Below are positions 56,488 to 64,000 of a DNA stretch of 64,000 nt, piece by piece (position 1 is the first letter of the stretch; each line of letters begins with the position of its first letter). Under the pieces are notes generated by a model. The model had not been told where the DNA came from, searched no databases, and worked only from the letters and a program-made list of their open reading frames with translations. The translations under genes were made by a program, and so were the position numbers. Origin of the DNA: Thermoplasmatota archaeon (GTDB lineage: Archaea > Thermoplasmatota > JAKEGO01); the NCBI GenBank assembly GCA_028279595.1, contig JANQNK010000020.1:256001-320000 (forward strand). Direction: 5' to 3'.

Positions 56488-57621
56488 ATGGATATGATGG
56501 ATAACGTGTTCATGCTTGCTGGGCCAGTGAAGATACATCCTCGTGTGCTGCGTGAGATGTCTCACCCATCGATAGCGCACAGGTCGCCGGAGTTCACGGA
56601 AGTGCTCGGCGAGACAAGGGAACTTCTGAAGTACCTGTTCCAGGCGGACCGCGAGGTCGCGCTCCTCAGCGGGTCCGGAACGGCTGCCCTCGAAGCCTCA
56701 ATAACCGGTATAGTGGACAGGGACGAGAAGATCCTCTGCCTCGAGAACGGCAAGTTCGGCGAGAGGCTCGGCGAGATCGCGTCGGTGTTCACGAACCACA
56801 AGGTCGTCAAGGCCGACTGGGGCGTCCATTTCGACCTGGACGAGGTCGCCGCGGAGCTCGAGACCGGCGAATACAGGGCCATCGCCCTCTGCCACAACGA
56901 GACGTCCACCGCCATGACCAACGACGCGGCCGCGATCGGCCGTCTTGCGGCAAAGCACGATGTCCGCTACCTCCTGGATGGTATCACATCCGTCGGAGGG
57001 CTCGAGGTCAAGCCCGAGGAGCTCGGCGCGGACCTCGTCGTCTTCGGTTCCCAGAAGTGCATCGCCGCACCGTCGGGGCTCGCTGCCGTTTCCATATCCG
57101 ACAGGCTGCTAGACGAGCTCAACACGAGCACGTCCTACTATCTCAACCTCAAGAAGCACGCGATCAAGCTCCGAGACGGCTCTCAGACGCCGTACACACC
57201 GGCCATTCACCTCATAATGGGCTTCCGCGAGGCCCTGAGGATGGTCAAGGAGGAGGGTCTGGAGAACAGGGTCGCCAAGTTCGCCGCCATGGGCGACGCG
57301 ACGAGGGCGGGAGCGAAGGCCCTCGGCTTCACTCTCTTCCCGGACGAGGCGTACGCTTCGAACACCTGCACCGCGATCAACTATCCCGAGGGTCTGGCGG
57401 ACTCGGACTTCCGACCACCCCTCTGGAAGAAGCACAACGTCATAATCGCCGGGGCCCAGGCCCACATCAAGGGCAAGGTCTTCAGGATCGGCCACATGGG
57501 CCTCACTCGGTGGACCGAACTCGTCGCTACGTTCGGTGCGATGGAGTCGGTCCTGATCGACAACGGATTCGATATCGAACCCGGCGTCGCCACGGGCGAG
57601 ATAATCAGGAGGATGGGATGA
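56488..57621 (+). CDS. Class V aminotransferase (serine-pyruvate/alanine-glyoxylate type)
   Basis: AGPV, HRSPEF, GSGTAALEA, HNETST, DGITSVGG, GSQKCIAAPSG, TPYTPA, FRIGHMG; TATA at ~56448. Confidence 0.93.
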   Translation: MDMMDNVFMLAGPVKIHPRVLREMSHPSIAHRSPEFTEVLGETRELLKYLFQADREVALLSGSGTAALEASITGIVDRDEKILCLENGKFGERLGEIASVFTNHKVVKADWGVHFDLDEVAAELETGEYRAIALCHNETSTAMTNDAAAIGRLAAKHDVRYLLDGITSVGGLEVKPEELGADLVVFGSQKCIAAPSGLAAVSISDRLLDELNTSTSYYLNLKKHAIKLRDGSQTPYTPAIHLIMGFREALRMVKEEGLENRVAKFAAMGDATRAGAKALGFTLFPDEAYASNTCTAINYPEGLADSDFRPPLWKKHNVIIAGAQAHIKGKVFRIGHMGLTRWTELVATFGAMESVLIDNGFDIEPGVATGEIIRRMG

Positions 57622-57806
57622 TGGCTCTGGAATGCGACAAGTCGAAATGCCTCTACTGCGGAGCGTGCGTGGGCTCCTGCCCCGTTGAAGCGCTCACCCT
57701 TTACTCGTCATGGATCGAGGTCGACCATGACACCTGCACCGAGTGTGGCATATGTGTCACGCTCTGCCCCGTCGGGGCGATGACCCTCGGAGGCGGGTCC
57801 GAATGA
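57621..57806 (+). CDS. 2x[4Fe-4S] ferredoxin
   Basis: CLYCGACVGSCP and CTECGICVTLCPVGA; coupled to GGR. Confidence 0.95.
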   Translation: MALECDKSKCLYCGACVGSCPVEALTLYSSWIEVDHDTCTECGICVTLCPVGAMTLGGGSE

Positions 57807-58978
57807 GACACGAGGTCGACGTCCTGGTCATCGGAGCGGGACCAGGTGGATCGATGTCCGCCAAGTTCGCCGCCGAGAACGGCGCCGACGTCCTCATGAT
57901 CGAGAAGCGCCAGGAGGTCGGCTCCCCGGTTCGTTGCGGAGAGGGCATCGCCGAACTCTGGCTGAACGACCTGGGCATCAAGCCGGACAAGCGCTGGATA
58001 GCCAACCAGGTGGACGGCGCCAGGCTCTTCTCGCCGAGCGGTCACTGCCTCACGATGGACGCCGCCCGCGCCGGATCGGAGACGGGTTTCGTTGTCGAGC
58101 GCGACATCTTCGACCGCACCCTTGCATCGGAGGCCGTCCTCGCGGGGTCGGACCTGTGGGTCCGCGCGATGGCCATGGGCGCCAAGGTCGAGGGCGATAC
58201 GGTCAAGGAGGTCGTCGTCGATCGCCTCGGCGAGCGGATAACCGTGGTCCCGAAGGTCGTCATCGCGGCGGACGGTTTCGAATCACGAGCCGCCAGCTGG
58301 GTCGGTCTCGACTCACGTCTAAAGCTCAAGGACATCGACTCCTGCATCCAGTACCGGATGGTCGGGATCGACGATGATGCGAGGTACAACGACTTCTACG
58401 CCGGTTCGGATGCCCCAGGTGGTTACGTCTGGGTCTTCAGCAAGGGCGAGGGCGTGGCCAACGTCGGCATCGGTGTGGCCGCCAGCAAGCTGAAGGCGCC
58501 CGCGGATGTGAAGATGTACCTGGACAGGTTCATTGCCAAGCACCCCGAGTTCGCCAAGGGAAAGGCCGTGGACATGGTGGCGGGCGCCGTCTCGACGTCG
58601 TTGCCCATGGACCAGACGGTCAAGGGGAACTTCATGCTGGTTGGCGACTCCGCCCGGATGGTGGACGCGCTCACGGGCGGCGGTGTCGTCAACGCCTGCA
58701 TGGCCGGTAAGATCGCTGGACGCCTCTCGGCCGAGTATGTCCAGGGGAGCGATGTCCTCGGCGACTACGAGAGGGCCTGGCGCTCGGAGCTCGAGAACAC
58801 CATGGTCCGCAACTATGTCGCGAAGGAGAAGGCCGTCAACGTGACGGACGAACAGTTCGACCGCATCGTGCTGGCCCTTCAGGAGCTGGAGATAACCACG
58901 ATAACCACGGCGGAGATCCTCGGCGCGGTCGCAAAGGCGGTCCCGGACCTCGTGGCGGAACTGGACCTGATGTTCTGA
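57803..58978 (+). CDS. Digeranylgeranylglycerophospholipid reductase (geranylgeranyl reductase family)
   Basis: IGAGPGGS, VRCGEG, IAADG, PGGYVWVF, ANVGIG, VGDSA...LTGGG. Confidence 0.93.
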   Translation: MRHEVDVLVIGAGPGGSMSAKFAAENGADVLMIEKRQEVGSPVRCGEGIAELWLNDLGIKPDKRWIANQVDGARLFSPSGHCLTMDAARAGSETGFVVERDIFDRTLASEAVLAGSDLWVRAMAMGAKVEGDTVKEVVVDRLGERITVVPKVVIAADGFESRAASWVGLDSRLKLKDIDSCIQYRMVGIDDDARYNDFYAGSDAPGGYVWVFSKGEGVANVGIGVAASKLKAPADVKMYLDRFIAKHPEFAKGKAVDMVAGAVSTSLPMDQTVKGNFMLVGDSARMVDALTGGGVVNACMAGKIAGRLSAEYVQGSDVLGDYERAWRSELENTMVRNYVAKEKAVNVTDEQFDRIVLALQELEITTITTAEILGAVAKAVPDLVAELDLMF

Positions 58979-59049
58979 CGAAGGTCGGGTCGCATTCAAC
59001 CTTTAATGTTTTATAGCATGGGCTTTGTCGAGGTCCCGGAGGTTTCGAA

Positions 59050-60744
59050 CTGACCGATGGTATCGGGAGGCTTGGGTCCGAGGCGAGCAGGGTCCTCACC
59101 CGCATGCTCGAGGCCCAGGGCAACGTCGTGATGGCGTTCCGCCGAGGTGGCGGGTACTGGGACTCATCAGAGGTCTTCAGGTCGGATTCCGTCACGAGCC
59201 TCCAGAACTTCGGGTTCCTGACCTCTGCTCACGGTTTCCTCGACGACGACGACTATGCGTTCGCAATGAGGTCGAGCGCTGCCTTCCTCTGGGACGCCCT
59301 CAGGAGGGGTGACCTAGATACCGCGGACCTCGCCGAGCTGTTCCGTGGGCTCTGCATAGCATACGCTACCACCCGTGACAAGGTGTACCTGCAGATGATA
59401 GAGGACGCATCGGTCGTGCTCCTGCCGGAGGAAGGCGTCCCGGACTTCGGGACCGCCATGGTCGAATCGCTTTTACACATGTCACTAGTCTTCGACAGGC
59501 TACCCAGGGGATACAAGTCGCGCGTCCGCAACGTCATCGAGAGGGCGTTCGAGGATATCGAGAGCTGGGGCAGGGACCCAAGGTCCCCGGACGAGGCGAT
59601 AAACATCGCAGTACTCCTGGACAGGATGGGCACTGTCCTCGGACGGACCACGCCGGTCGCCAAGGCCCGCGAGGTCCTCGACAACGCCTTCGGCCCCAGG
59701 TCGGAAGAGAGGTGGGTAGTCGACATCATGGTCGCTCGATACGTCTACGGCGGCGAGGTCCCCGACGGCGAGGACCGGGACAGGATGCTGAGGCTCCTGA
59801 GACGCAAGATAATCTACGCTGTCAAGAGCGAGGAGACCGCCGACCTGAGGCTCATATGCGATCTTGCTCGGGAACACTGGGAGGAGGTCCTCACCTCGAA
59901 GGAGTCATCCGAGTTGACCCCGAAGATCGACGGGATCGTCCGGGAGAAGGTAATCGGCAGGATGAACCCCGACGGGGGCTGGGGCGACAGGTACGTCTAC
60001 CGCGCCACTGCGACCGCAGGGATCGCACTGTTCAACATCTATCTCGTGACGGGGAACGAGGCCTTCAGGGACGCCGCCCACGACGCCGGGGCATACATCC
60101 GGAAGAACATATGGGACATGTCGGACGGCATCTTCTATTCCATGGACCGGATCAGCGAGCTCTTCTTCCTCCTCGACAGGGACGTCTCGGACGACACCTA
60201 CGCCCTGTTGCTGGAGAACTATCACGAGAGGATACTCAACGCCCTCGAAACGGTCGGCAAGAGCGACCGGGACAGGCTCCTCTGGTATTCTGCGGAGCTA
60301 TGCATCCTCACGTACTACCTGATGAGGATGACGGAGGACAGGCATCTCTCGAAGCACCTGGCCGACGTGTCCACCAACCTCGTCCATCTGCTCGACCAGT
60401 CGGTATACGACACGTCTTACTATCCCTGGTTCCAGGCTACCATCCTGGCCCAGGAGGTCCTCACAGAGGAGGACGGCGAGTACTACGGGATATTCAAGCC
60501 GTACCTTGCCCGGATGACGATCGATTGGAACACGACGATCAACGAGGAGATCGCCTATCAGAGGTACATCTACACGTACGACGCGACCCCTTCGGACGAC
60601 CTGGCCCGCGCAGCCGTGAGGCGAGCGTCCGGATTCATCAGAAAAGATATTATACTCAATATCTCACATCTAATCGAGATAGCGAAGATATTCAGGCTCC
60701 TGGAGGCAGGAAATGGTGGAGACGATAAGAAAGGCTCTGCGTGA
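59050..60744 (+). CDS. Hypothetical alpha/alpha-toroid (prenyltransferase/six-hairpin-like repeat) protein
   Basis: RMNPDGGWG, LFNIYLVTGNEAFRDAA, AYATTRDKVYL helical-hairpin repeats. First ATG is at 59104, but an SD-preceded CTG at 59050 is in frame. Confidence 0.65.
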   Translation: MTDGIGRLGSEASRVLTRMLEAQGNVVMAFRRGGGYWDSSEVFRSDSVTSLQNFGFLTSAHGFLDDDDYAFAMRSSAAFLWDALRRGDLDTADLAELFRGLCIAYATTRDKVYLQMIEDASVVLLPEEGVPDFGTAMVESLLHMSLVFDRLPRGYKSRVRNVIERAFEDIESWGRDPRSPDEAINIAVLLDRMGTVLGRTTPVAKAREVLDNAFGPRSEERWVVDIMVARYVYGGEVPDGEDRDRMLRLLRRKIIYAVKSEETADLRLICDLAREHWEEVLTSKESSELTPKIDGIVREKVIGRMNPDGGWGDRYVYRATATAGIALFNIYLVTGNEAFRDAAHDAGAYIRKNIWDMSDGIFYSMDRISELFFLLDRDVSDDTYALLLENYHERILNALETVGKSDRDRLLWYSAELCILTYYLMRMTEDRHLSKHLADVSTNLVHLLDQSVYDTSYYPWFQATILAQEVLTEEDGEYYGIFKPYLARMTIDWNTTINEEIAYQRYIYTYDATPSDDLARAAVRRASGFIRKDIILNISHLIEIAKIFRLLEAGNGGDDKKGSA

Positions 60745-62383
60745 GCGGACCGAGAGGACGATGGACCCGAAGAACGCCCGGTGGCGCACCGACGAGCACG
60801 AGGTGGACGTCCAGTGGCGGGACATCGGAGGCATGCGCGAGGAGAAGAGCACGTTCAGGAGAATGGTGCGCTCCCTCGGGGAGACAGCGTCATATCCCTC
60901 GAAGGGCTTCGTGATATACGGCCCGGGCGGCTGCGGCAAGACGATGCTGGTGAGGGCGATCAGGAGGGAGGCCAAGCGCCAGGGCGTCGCATTCCATCGG
61001 ATCAGCTGTGCAGCTCTCTACATGGAATCGCAGCCGAAGCTCCGGCTCGACCACATCTTCCAGAGGGCCCTCGTACCCTCCGTCATCTATCTCGACAAGA
61101 TCGAGACACTCGCATACGCGGACGCCGCCGGCGCCGAGGAGGCCCGGACCAGCGAGAACCCGACCTTCGCGTACATGGCCGAGAAGATCGACTCCCTGCC
61201 GGACGGCGTGGTGCTGATCGTCGAGACGAACGAGCCGAACCTCCTTCCGGAGTTCCTTCTCAGGTCCGGTCGCCTCGAGAACCAGATCTATGTGCTACCA
61301 CCGGACGAATCGATACGGCATGAGATCTTCAGCAAGTTCCTCGACGACAAGGAGATGGCCGAACAGCTCGCCATCGACACCAAGGGCTACACGGGCGCCG
61401 ACATCATGAGGATCTCCGAGGAGATCAACGCCGGGCGGCTCAAGCCTTCCAAGGTACTTACCTTCAAATCATCCCTCAACTACGCGGAACACGCGAACTG
61501 CACTCTCTTCCAGAGACGCCACACCAGGGAGACCGTCTACCAGACAGACGTGGGATTCGAGGACATCGGAGGCCTGAAGGACGTCAAGAAGGACATCCAG
61601 TTCGCCATGGAGCTCATCAACGACGGAAAGCTCCAGAGGCGTCTAGGACTAGATGCCCCGAGGGGTATTCTACTCCAGGGCCCTCCTGGCTGCGGGAAGA
61701 CGATGCTCGCGAAGGCCATAGCCAACCAGCGCAAGGTCCCGCTCATCTCGCTCAAGGGAACGGACCTCCTCGCCAAGTGGCTCAACTGGTCCGTGCTGAA
61801 GGTCCGCGAGGTATTCACCGAGGCCGAGGAGAAGGCGCCATCGATAATATTCATCGACGAGCTCGACTCCGCCGCCCGAAGGCGCGGCGTCGAGGAGGGC
61901 GGCTCCGACGCCGTCGTCAGGGAGGTCGTCGGCGAGCTCCTGACCCAGATGGACGGCATCAAGGAGAAGGAGGACATCCTGGTCATCGCGGCTACGAACG
62001 ACCCGTGGTCGATAGACGACGCCCTGCTCAGGCCCGGCCGTTTCGACAAGATAATCTACGTCCCTCCCCCCGACGAGGATGGACGGCGCGAGATCATCGA
62101 CAAGGTCATCGGACGGTCGAAGATAAACCACGAGATCGACATCGAGCGCATAGTCAAGGCGACCGAGCACTACTCCGGCGCCGACCTCGAGAACATCTAC
62201 AACGAGACGCTCACCAGGCGCTACATAGAGCGAAAGAACCGTCTCCGGAAGATATCGACCAACGACTGGCTGAGGACCATCCAGGTCACTCCGCCATCTA
62301 TCTCCATGCATTCGCTGAAGTACTACGAGAACTTCCGAGCGGTCAAGAGGCTCGACAAGCACATCCCCGAGATGTACATGTGA
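60713..62383 (+). CDS. Cdc48/VAT-like double AAA+ ATPase lacking the N-domain
   Basis: D1: WRDIGG, GPGGCGKT, YLDKIE, RSGRLE. D2: FEDIGGL, GPPGCGKT, IFIDELD, ATN..IDDALLRPGRFD. Ends EMYM. Confidence 0.9.
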   Translation: MVETIRKALRERTERTMDPKNARWRTDEHEVDVQWRDIGGMREEKSTFRRMVRSLGETASYPSKGFVIYGPGGCGKTMLVRAIRREAKRQGVAFHRISCAALYMESQPKLRLDHIFQRALVPSVIYLDKIETLAYADAAGAEEARTSENPTFAYMAEKIDSLPDGVVLIVETNEPNLLPEFLLRSGRLENQIYVLPPDESIRHEIFSKFLDDKEMAEQLAIDTKGYTGADIMRISEEINAGRLKPSKVLTFKSSLNYAEHANCTLFQRRHTRETVYQTDVGFEDIGGLKDVKKDIQFAMELINDGKLQRRLGLDAPRGILLQGPPGCGKTMLAKAIANQRKVPLISLKGTDLLAKWLNWSVLKVREVFTEAEEKAPSIIFIDELDSAARRRGVEEGGSDAVVREVVGELLTQMDGIKEKEDILVIAATNDPWSIDDALLRPGRFDKIIYVPPPDEDGRREIIDKVIGRSKINHEIDIERIVKATEHYSGADLENIYNETLTRRYIERKNRLRKISTNDWLRTIQVTPPSISMHSLKYYENFRAVKRLDKHIPEMYM

Positions 62384-62448
62384 GTGGTCGGATCGACCGT
62401 TTCACCCCCGATAGCGTCGGATTTCTGCCCCTTTTTTAAATAATATCA

Positions 62449-62976
62449 GTGGTTCCGAGGTCGAAATCCAATGGACTGGCCCTTGGTGTGAAAGAGGGAA
62501 ACGTATTTATAACGTCGACGACAAAAATATACTTTGGTGGCAGGACGTTAGCAAAGACATACAAGGAATGTATACAGGTAGACTCCCTGTGCAACACGTT
62601 CACCGAGATGCTCTCCCGCGAGGGATTCAACATCTACAAGGTAAACAGAACCGATGAGGTTACCGAGGTCCAGCTTCTTCACAATGCCCCTCTCGTACTG
62701 GGGGATGTGGAGGCGATCGACATCGCGTTCCACAAGCTGGACGAAGGTTACAAGCTCGAGCTGAAGGTGGCCGTTCACGGCCGTGACATGGTGAACGTCC
62801 TACCCTCCGGCATCGAGATAATGGAGAACGCGATCGCCGACCTGACCCAGGGAAGCGGGCTCAGAAGGTATACCGTGGGCGTTCTCGGCGTCGGGGCACT
62901 GAACGCCTTCAGGGTCCAGAAACGCCTCCTTCGACAGCTGGAAGGCCTGGCAACGACCCCTCTGGGACATACCTGA
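62449..62976 (+). CDS. Hypothetical protein (true start probably downstream, near 62550)
   Basis: Host-like codon usage from ~62550; a TATA-like TTTATAA at ~62506 lies inside the annotated ORF. Confidence 0.55.
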   Translation: MVPRSKSNGLALGVKEGNVFITSTTKIYFGGRTLAKTYKECIQVDSLCNTFTEMLSREGFNIYKVNRTDEVTEVQLLHNAPLVLGDVEAIDIAFHKLDEGYKLELKVAVHGRDMVNVLPSGIEIMENAIADLTQGSGLRRYTVGVLGVGALNAFRVQKRLLRQLEGLATTPLGHT

Positions 62977-63028
62977 TATTACGAAGATAGGAGACATCGG
63001 CCGATGGTCCCAGCCATGGCCGGACAAT

Positions 63029-63754
63029 TCACTTCCTGGAGCCCTCGGGCTCGGCAGTCATTACCATGAACCTCTCAAGGTGGTCCGCCAGGAAGGCATT
63101 TGTCGTGAAACCCGCTGCAGATAGGTCCGGCGCTGCGATCAGCGCGTTCTCACCATCCGTTATCAGGTCCACCGCTATGATCCCCTCGCGCCGAAGCACC
63201 GTCGCCTCCTCGGGTACCTTCTGGAAGGGCGCCGTGATTATCGTGACATCGATGCTCCTGGCTACCAGTCCCTGGAACTCCCTCTGGTAGAGCTTCCTGA
63301 ACTCGGACATGTAAGGGACGGACAGGACGACGCTGTTGTCCGCGGTGTCGAGGAACTCGCGGATCTTCTCGATGACCCTGTTCCGGCCCGTAAGCGTGTA
63401 GATAAGCTGAGGGACCCCCGACTCGCTTATGCTCCCGTGGATGGAGGACAGCTCGCCGTAGACGCGCTGGACACGGTCGACGGTCTCGCCCTGGACCGAT
63501 TCGATGGGGTTCGGCTTGTATATCTTCGGCCTACCCTGGGTGACGATGATCAGTCCCTTTTCGACCAATGAGCTGAGGACCTTGTAGCTGGAGGTCCTTG
63601 GAATTCCGGCGGACTGGGCGATGAGTTCGGCGTCCCCATATCCCCGTGCAACGAGTGCGACGTATGCACGCGCCTCGTACGACGTCAGACCGAACTCCAT
63701 CAGGTCGTCGGCCAGGGCGTCGATCTGGTCCTTGAGCCGTTCCGGTGCTTCCAT
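63029..63754 (-). CDS. TrmB family transcriptional regulator
   Basis: FGLTSYEARAYVAL...AGIPRTSSYKVLSSLVEKGLI..GRPKIY; C-terminal effector domain. Confidence 0.93.
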   Translation of the reverse strand: MEAPERLKDQIDALADDLMEFGLTSYEARAYVALVARGYGDAELIAQSAGIPRTSSYKVLSSLVEKGLIIVTQGRPKIYKPNPIESVQGETVDRVQRVYGELSSIHGSISESGVPQLIYTLTGRNRVIEKIREFLDTADNSVVLSVPYMSEFRKLYQREFQGLVARSIDVTIITAPFQKVPEEATVLRREGIIAVDLITDGENALIAAPDLSAAGFTTNAFLADHLERFMVMTAEPEGSRK

Positions 63755-63797
63755 CTGCGCCCTCAGTATGCACCCGGACTAAAAATGTTCCGATGGA

Positions 63798-63995
63798 TCA
63801 GGCATAGTTCCAGGCCTTGCTGGCCGCAATGATGCCTAGAATGCCGATCGGTATCGTGATCACTCCGCCGATACCGCAGAGAACGGCACCCGCACGGTAG
63901 CTACGGGACCCGATCAAAGCCCCACCAATGATGAGGAGGATGGCTGTGAACAGGAACACCATTCGCAATATCTCGATGTCCATCACCAATGCCAT
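63798..63995 (-). CDS. Small 2-TM hypothetical protein (possibly 5'-truncated)
   Basis: Hydrophobic 65-aa ORF at the window edge. Confidence 0.5.
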   Translation of the reverse strand: MALVMDIEILRMVFLFTAILLIIGGALIGSRSYRAGAVLCGIGGVITIPIGILGIIAASKAWNYA

Positions 63996-64000
63996 GAGCA

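Noticed and set aside
62400-62440. Similarity to 52957-52989 (CCCCCG..TCGGATTT..TGC..TTTTT)
   Set aside because: Short, gapped match explainable as generic hairpin/T-tract terminators.

Overview
GC-rich archaeal chromosomal segment, most likely Thermoplasmatota. The taxonomy is inferred from the alpha2-type tRNA-intron endonuclease, PurP, geranylgeranyl reductase, pyruvoyl arginine decarboxylase, PEF-CTERM sorting signal, TATA promoters and GAGGTGA-type Shine-Dalgarno sites. About 55 genes, mostly housekeeping and anaerobic amino-acid/peptide metabolism: ftsY, endA, OPT transporter, feoABC, purP, AOR, hom, pdaD-dys, sat-DHH-cysC, gdhA and ferredoxin-GGR. No intact rRNA, tRNA, CRISPR array, transposase or integrase was seen. 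Best candidates for undescribed biology: (1) a stand-alone protein resembling the coatomer/adaptin appendage (sandwich + platform), next to a 1807-aa single-pass surface protein with a GPS-like HL/T motif and a cytoplasmic acidic tail carrying three [ST]PEWE repeats; (2) a tightly coupled operon (unknown enzyme, homoserine dehydrogenase, aldehyde:ferredoxin oxidoreductase, aspartate aminotransferase) that reads as an oxidative homoserine-to-oxaloacetate route; (3) a bulged-hairpin repeat family with covarying stems (3 tandem copies plus 1 dispersed); (4) an N-domain-less Cdc48-like ATPase with a degenerate D1 ring and an HbYX tail, coupled to an alpha/alpha-toroid protein; (5) an AT-rich islet bounded by inward-facing tRNA-3'-end-like sequences, with a HEPN-motif gene and head-to-head paralogs; (6) an expanded pilin-like domain array. 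All family calls come from motif recognition by eye; no database searches were run.
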